Below are positions 9,805 through 18,595 of a DNA stretch of 64,000 nt, piece after piece. The first letter of the stretch is position 1. Each line of letters starts with the position of its first letter. The translations under genes and the position numbers were made by a program. Source of the DNA: Candidatus Woesearchaeota archaeon (lineage in GTDB: Archaea > Nanobdellota > Nanobdellia > Woesearchaeales > SM23-78); assembly GCA_016935175.1 (NCBI GenBank), contig JAFGRK010000032.1, forward strand, positions 1,719 through 65,718, read 5' to 3'. The notes below the pieces were generated by a model. It made no database searches, was not told the DNA's origin, and worked only from the letters and a program-made list of their open reading frames with translations.

Positions 9805-10296
9805 ATGAAAAAAGCACAAGCAGCACTTGAGTTCTTAACCACATACGGTTGGGCGTTCTTAGTGATATTGGTAATGATAGGCGCACTGGCATATTTCGGA
9901 ATCCTAAGCCCTAGCAGGTTCCTCCCAGAAAGATGCAACGTAGGGCCAGAGTTCTCGTGCGACGAGCACCAGGTCCTATCAGCTGGAACATTGAATATAA
10001 TATTCACAAACAATGTTGGCGATACAATCAACAGTGTTACAGTTACTGGTGCAAAATGGGCGCAGGAAACTCTACTTGATGGTGACGCGGATGGAGACAT
10101 TGATAATTGTGTAGATATAAGCGGAAACAGTTACAGGGCAGGAGACCCAATTACTGTAACATGCACATTCAACAACGCACTCTTCCCGCCTGAAGGCGCC
10201 AAGATGAAGTTCAACGTAGACTTAACATACATACCACAGGGCAAGACTTACACCAAGCCTTTAACAGCAGAAGTCTACACGGCACTGCAGCCTTGA
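9805..10296 (+). CDS. Archaeal type IV pilin (class III signal peptide); major pilin candidate.
   Basis: N-terminus MKKAQ|AALEFLTTYGWAFLVILVMIGALAYFG matches the archaeal pilin/archaellin-like prepilin consensus (KxxQAA.E.L..YGW). A TATA box 'ctttaaata' (9718-9726) and the SD-like 'ggtga' lie upstream. Confidence 0.8.
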   Translation: MKKAQAALEFLTTYGWAFLVILVMIGALAYFGILSPSRFLPERCNVGPEFSCDEHQVLSAGTLNIIFTNNVGDTINSVTVTGAKWAQETLLDGDADGDIDNCVDISGNSYRAGDPITVTCTFNNALFPPEGAKMKFNVDLTYIPQGKTYTKPLTAEVYTALQP

Positions 10297-10372
10297 GATT
10301 ATTTCTTTTTTTAATATTCTTTTCTTTTTCCTTTTATTTAATTTTTGCACAAGCCAAGATAGTAAGAGCACC

Positions 10373-10870
10373 ATGAAAACAAAAAAGAGGATGAGCAAAG
10401 GCCAGGCAGCCTTGGAATACATCACTACCTATGGCTGGGCTATACTCGCAGGCATACTTGCCGTAGGAGCAATGGCTTATTTCGGCTTCCTAAGCCCTAC
10501 CAAGCTTTTGCCTAATGAGTGCAGCTTTGGCAAGCAACTGGAATGCTCAGAGTTCAGGATTGTCCGCGATGGAGCTAATGCAAGGGCTGATGTGTTCTTC
10601 AGGAATAACTTTGGCAAGCCCATCAACATCTCTGCAGTTGAAGAGGATGCTGAAGGCATAAACATAGGCAGCCCTAGCGGGGACCTGCCTATAACAATAG
10701 ATTCTGGGGCAAAGCAAGAGATATACATAGACTTAATTGATGATGACAAGTACTCAAGAGGGGATAAGAGGCAGGCTAACATCATGATCAGGTTCCACAG
10801 GTCTGACATAGACGGAGCCCCGGTTCACAACTTGTCAGGCTATGTGTTCACTACAGTCATGACTCCTTGA
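10373..10870 (+). CDS. Archaeal type IV pilin paralog (class III signal peptide).
   Basis: N-terminus MKTKKRMSKGQ|AALEYITTYGWAILAGILAVGAMAYFG. Similar size and architecture to the 9805..10296 pilin. Confidence 0.8.
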   Translation: MKTKKRMSKGQAALEYITTYGWAILAGILAVGAMAYFGFLSPTKLLPNECSFGKQLECSEFRIVRDGANARADVFFRNNFGKPINISAVEEDAEGINIGSPSGDLPITIDSGAKQEIYIDLIDDDKYSRGDKRQANIMIRFHRSDIDGAPVHNLSGYVFTTVMTP

Positions 10871-10883
10871 GGATGTGAAAATG

Positions 10884-10995
10884 CAGGATAAGCCCCTACT
10901 CGGCAGTCTTAAACCCTATACTTCGTATAGGAACTAAGCCTGCCTCGCCGTGCCTTGCCTTCATTAACATTCAAGCAACGACGGTGCTTATCCTG
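10884..10995 (+). other. Structured element downstream of the second pilin gene (10-bp closing stem around ~90 nt, containing a perfect 7-bp/3-nt-loop hairpin).
   Basis: caggataagc ... gcttatcctg. The inner hairpin is cctatac-ttc-gtatagg (10915-10931). Confidence 0.35.
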
Positions 10996-11014
10996 ACGCT
11001 ACAAGCGCTAAAAA

Positions 11015-11033
11015 AACAGCAAACTTTTTAAAT
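11015..11033 (+). promoter_or_regulatory. Orphan consensus promoter (gcaaactttttaaataagc) ~150 nt upstream of psmB.
   Basis: Matches the local promoter consensus, but psmB has its own TATA-like 'aataaataagc' at about 11138-11150. A T-tract (gatgctttttt, about 11100-11112) lies ~50 nt downstream of the predicted TSS. Confidence 0.3.
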
Positions 11034-11172
11034 AAGCCAGGCTTCTCTGAGGGGAAGAGGAGTTGTTCTAACACCTGAATAAAGAAAAATAATGATTATG
11101 ATGCTTTTTTCAAAGGGAAAGGCTAAAGCAAAAAAAAAATCAACCAATAAATAAGCTAAGAGGCGATTTGTT

Positions 11173-11811
11173 ATGAAAGACGATGATGTTTTGAAGACCG
11201 GGACCACGACCATAGGCATTTTGTGCAAGGACTGCGTAGTATTGGCAGCTGACAAGAGGGCTACTGCAGGCCATTTCATTGCCAACAAGAAAGTGGACAA
11301 GGTAGTGCCTATCAATGACAGGATGGTCCTCACAACCGCAGGAGTGGTGAGCGACATACAGCTGCTTATCAAGATACTCAAGGCTGAGCTAAAGCTCAAG
11401 AGCATAAGGGTTGACAGGGAGCCCAGCGTTAAGGAAGCAGCCAACCTGATGACCAATATAATATATAATAATATTAGGAAATTCAGCGCCATACCAGGGG
11501 TCACCCATTTCTTATTGGGAGGCTCAGATGCCAATTCAGTGCATCTCTATGACTTGTTCGCTGATGGAAGCATCACTGAGATTGATGATTTTGTGGCCAG
11601 CGGCAGCGGCAGCGAGATGGCCTATGGAGTGCTAGAATCCCAGTACAAGAAAGACCTTTCAGAGGCAGAAGGGGTTGAGCTAGCGATGAAAGGTGTTAAT
11701 GCGGCCATGCAGAGGGACTCTGCAAGCGGGGAAGGCATTGACGTCTATGTAGTCAACAAGTCAGGAGTAAGAAAGGCTGCTCACAAGAAAGTGAACACCC
11801 GCGCTGAATAA
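11173..11811 (+). CDS. psmB: Proteasome subunit beta (archaeal 20S proteasome catalytic subunit, with propeptide).
   Basis: Propeptide MKDDDVLKTG followed by the catalytic-Thr N-terminus TTTIGILCKDCVVLAADKRATAG. Family-typical length of 212 aa. Confidence 0.9.
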   Translation: MKDDDVLKTGTTTIGILCKDCVVLAADKRATAGHFIANKKVDKVVPINDRMVLTTAGVVSDIQLLIKILKAELKLKSIRVDREPSVKEAANLMTNIIYNNIRKFSAIPGVTHFLLGGSDANSVHLYDLFADGSITEIDDFVASGSGSEMAYGVLESQYKKDLSEAEGVELAMKGVNAAMQRDSASGEGIDVYVVNKSGVRKAAHKKVNTRAE

Positions 11812-11960
11812 GCATTTTAGGTTCTGAAAAGCAAAACTGTTTCAAAATCTTTTTTTGAATTCAGGTACAATATCTAAAAAAGAAGGGTTAAAAGTTCAAA
11901 AAGCTAAGATAGCTTAGGATAATTCCTAATAATCTAAAAAACTAACGAGGTAAATACAAT

Positions 11961-13856
11961 ATGTCAGAAATTATAGATGAGATACTTAACCATGTGCCCA
12001 AGGACAAGATAAGCGACGCTGTGTTTGAGGGCGCGAACATAGTTCTCTACACCAAGAACAAGGACTACTTCCTGGATGACCAGGGCAAGGTCAAGGAAGT
12101 GGTCAACATGATAAAGAAGAGGATAGAGCTAAGGCCAGACCCTAGCATCTGCCTGGAGCAGGAAAAGGCTGAGAAGCTCATCAAGAATATAGTCACAGAA
12201 GAGGCAGGCATAGACCAGGTTATCTTTGACCCTCAGAGGAGCATAGTGATAATTGAGGTGCAGAAGCCTGGATTGGCCATTGGCAAGCAAGGAGAGAACC
12301 TGCAGGAGATAAAGAAACAGACCCTGTGGGTGCCTCAGATAAAGAGGACTCCTGCCATAAGGAGCCAGCTCATAGAGAATGTCAGGGCTGTACTCTACCA
12401 GAACAATGATTACAGGAGGAAGTTCCTTCACAAGACAGGCCAGAGGATTTACAATGGCTGGCTCAGGAGGGCTAAGAAAGAGGAATGGATAAGGCTGAGC
12501 ATGCTAGGAGGGGCTCGCCAGGTAGGCAGGAGCTGTTACCTGCTCCAGACTCCAGAATCAAGGGTGCTATTGGACTGCGGCATTGACGTAGCCAATGAGA
12601 ACGATGCCTACCCTTACCTTGAGGCTCCTGAGTTCTCAATAAAAGACCTGGATGCAGTAATCATAAGCCACGCTCACGTAGACCACTCAGGCCTAGTGCC
12701 TTACCTTTTCAAGTACGGCTACAAAGGGCCTGTTTATTGCACATTGCCTACCAGGGACATAATGAGCCTGCTGCACCTGGACATGATCAAGATCCAGAGG
12801 AACGAGGCCAAAGAGCCAATATACAGCACTGATGACATCAAGGAGATGGTCAAGCACACCATCTGCCTGGACTATGAGGAAGTAACAGACATAACCCCTG
12901 ATGTAAGGATAACATTATACAATGCAGGGCACATGCTAGGAAGCTGCCTTGTCCACATACACATAGGCAATGGATTGCACAACATGGTCTACACTGCAGA
13001 TGTCAAGTATGCCAAGACCAACATGCTAAGCATGGCTGACACCAACTTCCCAAGGCTTGAGACCTTGATGATAGAATCAACCTATGGGGGAAAGGACAAC
13101 ATAATGCCGCCTGCAAAGGAAGCTGATGACCAGCTGAGCGAGCACATCATAAACACCATCAAGAAGAAAGGGAAAGTGCTCATGCCAGTCCTTGGGAGCG
13201 GAAGGGCCCAGGAAATCATTGTTCTACTGGACAAGCTAATGCGCGAAGGCAAGCTTAGCGACAAGATACCAATATACATTGACGGAATGGTATGGGACAT
13301 CACAGCAATACATACAGCCTACCCTGAGTTCCTAAACAGCAATCTCCGCCAGCAGATATTCCACAAGGACAACAACCCCTTCCTAAGGGAGAACATCAAG
13401 AGGATTGGCAGCTCGCAGGAAAGGAAAGAGCTGATAGAGGATAAAGGGCCTTGCGTGATCCTGGCGACTAGCGGAATGCTAGTAGGGGGGCCAAGCGTAG
13501 AGTACTTGAAGCAGCTCGCAGAGAACCCTAAGAACCTGCTCATCTTCACCTGCTACCAAGGAGAAGGAAGCCTGGGAAGGAGGATACAGCGCGGTGAGAG
13601 AGAAATCAATTTCCAGAAGAGCAACAAGTTCGAGACTATTGGCGTCAACATGGAAGTGGAGAAGCTGGAGATAACAGGCCACAGCGACAGGAAAGAGCTC
13701 ATAGCATTTGTGAACCATTGCAATCCCAAGCCCAAGAAGATAATCGTGGTGCACGGGGAGAGCAGCAAGTGCCTGGACCTGGCAAGAAGCCTGCATAACA
13801 TCACCAAGGTAGAGACTGTCGCGCCAAGGAACCTTGATGTGCTAAGGCTGAAGTAA
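11961..13856 (+). CDS. fttA: aCPSF1 / FttA: KH-domain plus metallo-beta-lactamase plus beta-CASP ribonuclease (archaeal transcription termination factor).
   Basis: Two N-terminal KH-like regions, the HxHxDH motif IISHAHVDHSGLVPY, beta-CASP and C-terminal motifs (HGE...). The 631-aa length matches aCPSF1. Confidence 0.9.
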   Translation: MSEIIDEILNHVPKDKISDAVFEGANIVLYTKNKDYFLDDQGKVKEVVNMIKKRIELRPDPSICLEQEKAEKLIKNIVTEEAGIDQVIFDPQRSIVIIEVQKPGLAIGKQGENLQEIKKQTLWVPQIKRTPAIRSQLIENVRAVLYQNNDYRRKFLHKTGQRIYNGWLRRAKKEEWIRLSMLGGARQVGRSCYLLQTPESRVLLDCGIDVANENDAYPYLEAPEFSIKDLDAVIISHAHVDHSGLVPYLFKYGYKGPVYCTLPTRDIMSLLHLDMIKIQRNEAKEPIYSTDDIKEMVKHTICLDYEEVTDITPDVRITLYNAGHMLGSCLVHIHIGNGLHNMVYTADVKYAKTNMLSMADTNFPRLETLMIESTYGGKDNIMPPAKEADDQLSEHIINTIKKKGKVLMPVLGSGRAQEIIVLLDKLMREGKLSDKIPIYIDGMVWDITAIHTAYPEFLNSNLRQQIFHKDNNPFLRENIKRIGSSQERKELIEDKGPCVILATSGMLVGGPSVEYLKQLAENPKNLLIFTCYQGEGSLGRRIQRGEREINFQKSNKFETIGVNMEVEKLEITGHSDRKELIAFVNHCNPKPKKIIVVHGESSKCLDLARSLHNITKVETVAPRNLDVLRLK

Positions 13857-13860
13857 TTCT

Positions 13861-13978
13861 GAAAAAAAGTCGCCTCAGCCGTCAGCAAGTGCAACGATGT
13901 TTACAAAGTAAACGAGTTGCACGATGGCTGACGAGGCGGGGGATGCCCCCACGGGGTGCCGAGGGCGACTTTTCTTTT
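13861..13978 (+). repeat. Structured intergenic repeat, copy A (downstream of fttA).
   Basis: gaaaaaaagtcgcctcagccgtcagc...ggcgggggatgcccccacggggtgccgagggcgacttttc. An outer 10-bp stem plus an inner long imperfect hairpin. Confidence 0.65.
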
Positions 13979-14098
13979 CAAAAGCTTTAAATACTTTCTT
14001 AGCCAAGGAAGCATGTATGTAGATGTAGGACTACAAAAAAGGTAGTTGTGAGCATAAAAAGTTATAGGCATAAAAAAAAAGAGGTTAGCAATCATAAC

Positions 14099-15655
14099 AT
14101 GGCAACAGCTGAAGACTGGGGCAAGCTGCTAGTGCAGCACGGCTTCATAAAGGATAAATCCAGGGCTAAGTACAAGCAGAAAGATGATGGGACTTGGATT
14201 GCTGCGCAAGGGGATGCAAGCCCTTCTGACGCTGACATGGAAGAGGCAGAGGAAGCTAACATAACAGCATCAACTGCTTCAGCCTTCACCAGCTACATAA
14301 AGACAGGCTACCCTGACCCTTTCAAGAGGTACAGGCTGATTGTTGAGTCACCTAATGTCAGCATAGAGGAGAACTACTATTGGCTTCTGAACTATATGCG
14401 CTACAGCAGCGCATTTCCCCACGTAGATAAGCTTACTGACATCTTCAGCGCAAGCGAGCAGAGCGCCTTCTGGGGAGCCTCCCAGAACAGGATAGGCATA
14501 CAGCAGGACAGGGCTTCTGGCTACCTCAAGGGAATCTCTGAGATGATAAAGACAGGGCTTTTCCAGCTGGTCAGGGAGCTGAGGATTATTGACGAGAAGC
14601 TTGAGCCTAGGAAGCAATGGGGCAAGAACAAGGCAGCAGACATAGCCCTAAAAGGCGAGTACGGAGACCTGGTTGAGAACAGGGGAGGCCAGGTGCAGCC
14701 AGGAAGCATCTACCACCTATCACAGAATGTTGGGTTTACTATCCTGCCTGACTTGTTCTTCAACACCCAGGTCTATGACCTAGACGAAGTGGACAAAGTG
14801 GTTGACAACCTAAAGTTCAACACCAATGTGAAGCACGTTCTCAGGAGAAAGCTTTTTGCCTTCATCAACTGGAAGCTCAAGACAGACAAGGAGCTGGAGA
14901 GCAGGAGGACCTTCACCCTAAAGTACTTGCGCCAGCACTGGAACGTCATCAAGATGTACATGAACTGGGTCAAGCCTTATATCAGGAACATTGCAAGGCT
15001 ACAGATGAGCCCTGAGCACACAGAAAGCCCTGACCTGATAAGCGCTTTTGAGACCAGCATGGTAGAAGTGGAGATACTTGCGCATAAGGAGAGCAAGACG
15101 CGCTACCACCCTTGCATCCTAGCAACTTTCAAGTACAGGACCAGGCCTGAGCTAAGCTTCCAGAAAGACCAGTACGCCCACAGGGGACCAATTCACGTCG
15201 GCTACCTTGAGATAACCCTTAGGGGGTATGGGTGGAGCAAGGAACAGATAGAAGCTTACAAGAAGCTAAAGAAAGCAGAGGACATGATGCTCCTGGGAAT
15301 GGTTGATGAAGGAATAAAGGCAGCAATGGATGCCCTAGGCGAGGACCTAGAGAAATACTTGTGGGAAGCAGGAGAGAAAGAGTTTGAGGAGAAGAGGAAA
15401 GCCAAGGAAGCAGAAGAAAAGAAGAAAAAGAAGAAGCTGGACACCAGCCTGGCCTTAGGCGCACTAGACCCTTTCCTCTCAGTCTTCAAGGGCATGTGGG
15501 AGATGTTCAACATCTTCGTGCCTGTAAGCTCAGTGCAGCTGGGAGGGAAAAAGAAAGCCAAAGGCGACCCAAAGGATGCTGCAGCGGCTGCAGCAGTGGA
15601 GATGTTCCTCATGTACAAGAACTACAAGAAAGCCCACTCCATGCTCAGCTGGTAA
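14099..15655 (+). CDS. Hypothetical protein with a C-terminal K/E-rich charged segment and an amphipathic tail.
   Basis: Long ORF. The track start at 14048 is a GTG, and an ATG at 14099 is preceded by SD-like 'gaggt'. No recognisable motif. First gene of an apparent three-gene plus-strand operon. Confidence 0.5.
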   Translation: MATAEDWGKLLVQHGFIKDKSRAKYKQKDDGTWIAAQGDASPSDADMEEAEEANITASTASAFTSYIKTGYPDPFKRYRLIVESPNVSIEENYYWLLNYMRYSSAFPHVDKLTDIFSASEQSAFWGASQNRIGIQQDRASGYLKGISEMIKTGLFQLVRELRIIDEKLEPRKQWGKNKAADIALKGEYGDLVENRGGQVQPGSIYHLSQNVGFTILPDLFFNTQVYDLDEVDKVVDNLKFNTNVKHVLRRKLFAFINWKLKTDKELESRRTFTLKYLRQHWNVIKMYMNWVKPYIRNIARLQMSPEHTESPDLISAFETSMVEVEILAHKESKTRYHPCILATFKYRTRPELSFQKDQYAHRGPIHVGYLEITLRGYGWSKEQIEAYKKLKKAEDMMLLGMVDEGIKAAMDALGEDLEKYLWEAGEKEFEEKRKAKEAEEKKKKKKLDTSLALGALDPFLSVFKGMWEMFNIFVPVSSVQLGGKKKAKGDPKDAAAAAAVEMFLMYKNYKKAHSMLSW

Positions 15656-15701
15656 AGATTTCAGAATTTCATTAAAGAATCATTATTATTCCTGATGCAT
15701 A

Positions 15702-16337
15702 ATGGCAATCGATGAAGAGAACCTAAGCCCTGAGGAAAAGATCAAGCAGCTGCTTGGCTCAGAGAAAGAGAAGAGAGAGGAGCTAGAGGCAAAAAAAGCA
15801 GAGCTGGATAAGAAGAAAAAGGAGCTTGAGGAGCTAGAGAAGAAAAGCACCAGGGAGATCCAGGCGACAAGGAAAGCCATCCAAGAACAGATTGAGGAGA
15901 TTGCCAGCGAGGAGAAGCAGCGCTTTGAGGAATTAGAGGAGATACGCAGGAAGAGAGAGCTAGAGGCGCAGAGCCTTGAAGAGGCAATAACAGAGGAAGA
16001 GGAAAAAGGCAACATCCCTCAAGGGCCAGTGCCAAGAGGTTATGGTGATGCAATCAACCAAGTCCTTGCAGGCAACCCGACTTTTTACGACATCACCAAT
16101 TATAATGTGATGAACCAGCTGGAGCAGATAGCCAGCCAGGCTGCCAACAGGGCAATGACAGAGCAGGAAAGGGCATTTGTCGAGCTGGTCCAGTACCATG
16201 CAGAAAGGTTTGGCAGGGATGACTTTTACAAGGACAAGGATGAGTCCAACTACCTCGCAAGGGAATTGGCAAAAGTAGACCAGATAAGCAAGTCAGCAAA
16301 GGATTCAAGCCAGATGAAAAAATTATATGATGTGTAA
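15702..16337 (+). CDS. Coiled-coil protein of unknown function (E/K-rich N-terminal half).
   Basis: Heptad-like charged repeats in residues 1-110, with a more globular C-terminal half. Operonic with its neighbours. Confidence 0.5.
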   Translation: MAIDEENLSPEEKIKQLLGSEKEKREELEAKKAELDKKKKELEELEKKSTREIQATRKAIQEQIEEIASEEKQRFEELEEIRRKRELEAQSLEEAITEEEEKGNIPQGPVPRGYGDAINQVLAGNPTFYDITNYNVMNQLEQIASQAANRAMTEQERAFVELVQYHAERFGRDDFYKDKDESNYLARELAKVDQISKSAKDSSQMKKLYDV

Positions 16338-16359
16338 GAAAAGCAAAGCATAGCAAACA

Positions 16360-18372
16360 ATGATCTACGGCGACTATTACAACGCAATGGACAGGTACTA
16401 CGGCAGGATTGAGCCTACAGACATACCTATTGAACCGACCATGCCAGTTGAGACTAGCAAGCTAGGGCCAAAAGAGATAGGCACAGGAACTAATCCAATG
16501 ACCAACCAGCTAGCAGCCTTCAACGCAAGGATAAGGGAAGGAGCTGGCAAGATAGAGTTCGAGTTCTTAGGCCAGGGAAAGACTAACTCGCAAAGGCCAG
16601 GGCCAGAGGCTTCAGGAGCAAAAGAAAGGCAAGACATGAGGGACTTGGCAGAGATTAATGACGTGAGGACAAGTGTTCACGCAAGCTGGCACCAGGGAGG
16701 CCTTGCAGGGCTTGGGCAGCAAGGCTTTAATGAGCAGATAAGGCAGGAGGCTATCCGTGAAATTGAGAAAGCAATACATTTTGCAGCAGAAGCCACCAAG
16801 GGAGGCGCTGTGGTGTTTCACTCAGGAGAATGGCAGAGGCCTCTCACAGACCTAAGAGGAGATTCAAGGACAGGCTTCATAGGCTACCCTGGAGAGGCAG
16901 AGAAGACCCCTATAATGGTGGTTGACAAGCAAACAGGAGAAATAGAAGCCATTAGGAGAGACCAACTAATATTTGAGCCTAAGTTCTTCACAGCAGCAGA
17001 CTATGAGAAAGAGAGAGGAATAAAGCTTGTAGGCACTACTGACAAACGAGGCAACATAGTAGAAGCAGAAGACTGGATTGACACTGAAGGCAACGCCATA
17101 AAAAAGGAATGGGTGATGTCTGAGAAGCCTGATGAGGTAGAAAGGCTTTTTGACAGGGTACCTGTATGGAACTCTGCCAAGACTAATTTTGAAGTTGAGA
17201 AAAAGAATTTTGAAAGCTTCAAAGAAGAGGCAGATAGGCTCAGCAAGAAGCTAGGTAAAGAAATATCACCTGAAGTTCTTATATTCAAGTCCCGTCGCGC
17301 AGATGAAGTCTCACAGTCAAAAGGCTCATCTCTTTTTTATGCTAAGCACTATGAGCATTATAAAAAAATTCACGATGCTGCTGTAAAGGCTTTGGCGTTT
17401 TATGAGAAATTTGAAGGAAATATGACTGATAAGGAGAAATGGCATTTTATGATGAAAGACCAGGAGATAAGCAGCAGCCTCGGAGGATTAGTTTATCCCA
17501 CTGACCAACTTCCTACAGAATTCTTAAAGGAAAGGATAAAGGCAACTGCTGATGAGATGCGCCACATACACGAAAGCTCAGCCACTGCAGACGCAAGGGC
17601 CCAGATGGCAATGGACAGAATGAAAAGAGTGGAGACTGTTGAGAATTATGGCTTGAAGAAGACAGCAGAGACCATGAGCCATCTTGGCATGAAAGCTTAC
17701 AGGTACAGCCAGGACCATGCAAAAGAGCTGGAAGAGTCAATTTATGTTGCCCCTGAGAATTGGGATATAAAAGAGTACGGAAGCCATCCTGATGAGATGA
17801 AGAAGATAATCAAGGAGTCAAGAAAAAAAATGGTCGAGCAATTGATGGTCGAAGGCTTGCCAGAGGAAGAGGCGCAGAGAAAGGCCAAGGAGCACATCAA
17901 GGCAACCCTTGACGTAGGCCATTTCAACCTTTGGAGGAGCAGGTTTGAGCGTTTAGACGGGGAAAGCATGAAAGACAGGGACAAGAGATTTGACAAGTGG
18001 CTTATCGAGGAGACCAAGAAGCTTGCCAAGGAAGGAATTGTAGGCCACATCCACCTAAGCGACAACTTTGGCTATGATGACGAGCACCTCACGCCAGGAG
18101 AAGGGAATACCCCGATGAAGGAGTTCATCAAGAACATGGAAGAGGCAGGGCTCAAGGATTTCATAGTGGAAGCTGGAAGCTTTAATGTCGCAACCTCCAT
18201 GCCAGACACATGGGCTATGATGGGAAGCCCGATATACGGCACTACCAGGCTGCCTAGCTTCAGGGGAGTGCACCAGCAGCACTTTGGCTATCATAATCCT
18301 GCAATGTACATCGTCGGGGCTTATGCTCCCAGCAATGAGTGGCACTTATGGTCAGAGGTGCCTTTGGAATAG
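16360..18372 (+). CDS. Xylose-isomerase-like TIM-barrel (AP endonuclease family 2 / sugar phosphate isomerase-like) domain protein with a large (~330 aa) internal insertion.
   Basis: N-terminal barrel strands (VRTSVHASWHQGG, AIHFAAEATKGGAVVFHSGEW) and a C-terminal metal-binding region (GHIHLSDNFGYDDEHLTPGEGNTPMKEFIKNMEEAGLKDFIVEAGS) resemble the endonuclease IV / xylose isomerase fold. The middle 330 aa is charged and helical. Confidence 0.55.
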   Translation: MIYGDYYNAMDRYYGRIEPTDIPIEPTMPVETSKLGPKEIGTGTNPMTNQLAAFNARIREGAGKIEFEFLGQGKTNSQRPGPEASGAKERQDMRDLAEINDVRTSVHASWHQGGLAGLGQQGFNEQIRQEAIREIEKAIHFAAEATKGGAVVFHSGEWQRPLTDLRGDSRTGFIGYPGEAEKTPIMVVDKQTGEIEAIRRDQLIFEPKFFTAADYEKERGIKLVGTTDKRGNIVEAEDWIDTEGNAIKKEWVMSEKPDEVERLFDRVPVWNSAKTNFEVEKKNFESFKEEADRLSKKLGKEISPEVLIFKSRRADEVSQSKGSSLFYAKHYEHYKKIHDAAVKALAFYEKFEGNMTDKEKWHFMMKDQEISSSLGGLVYPTDQLPTEFLKERIKATADEMRHIHESSATADARAQMAMDRMKRVETVENYGLKKTAETMSHLGMKAYRYSQDHAKELEESIYVAPENWDIKEYGSHPDEMKKIIKESRKKMVEQLMVEGLPEEEAQRKAKEHIKATLDVGHFNLWRSRFERLDGESMKDRDKRFDKWLIEETKKLAKEGIVGHIHLSDNFGYDDEHLTPGEGNTPMKEFIKNMEEAGLKDFIVEAGSFNVATSMPDTWAMMGSPIYGTTRLPSFRGVHQQHFGYHNPAMYIVGAYAPSNEWHLWSEVPLE

Positions 18373-18389
18373 CCACTTATAGGCATTAG

Positions 18390-18521
18390 CCTAAAAATTG
18401 TTTGTGCCAATTTACGAGCATACTCTGTTTAAGCATTTGCTTGAGCCGGGGGGATGCCCCCTCGGGGGTGGCTCGGTATCAATTTAGCAAGCTACCATGC
18501 GAGCCCGGCACAATTTTTAGG
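18390..18521 (+). repeat. Structured intergenic repeat, copy B (divergent flanks, same core).
   Basis: Outer stem cctaaaaattgt..gcc / ggcacaatttttagg. Core ccggggggatgccccctcgggggtggctcgg. Confidence 0.55.
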
Positions 18522-18595
18522 GATGAAAACCAGCAAAAAAAGGGAAAGTTTAATAAAACTCAACACTTATTATCATTAAAAAAGAGGGTGAGGCA

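Noticed and set aside
10915-10931. Similarity of ctatacttcgtatag to the loxP arm (ATAACTTCGTATA)
   Set aside because: It is a short chance resemblance with no second arm or spacer, and no recombinase gene is present.
11058-11112. C/D-box sRNA interpretation of the short region after the orphan promoter
   Set aside because: The C-like and D-like motifs occur in the wrong order and wrong positions for a canonical C/D sRNA. It is kept only as a low-interest note.
13861-13978. Considered whether the G/C-core repeats are RNase P RNA, SRP RNA, or CRISPR repeats
   Set aside because: They are too short, present in five dispersed copies, and lack the P4 (GGAAAGUCCGG) or SRP domain IV motifs. There is no regular repeat-spacer periodicity and no cas genes.
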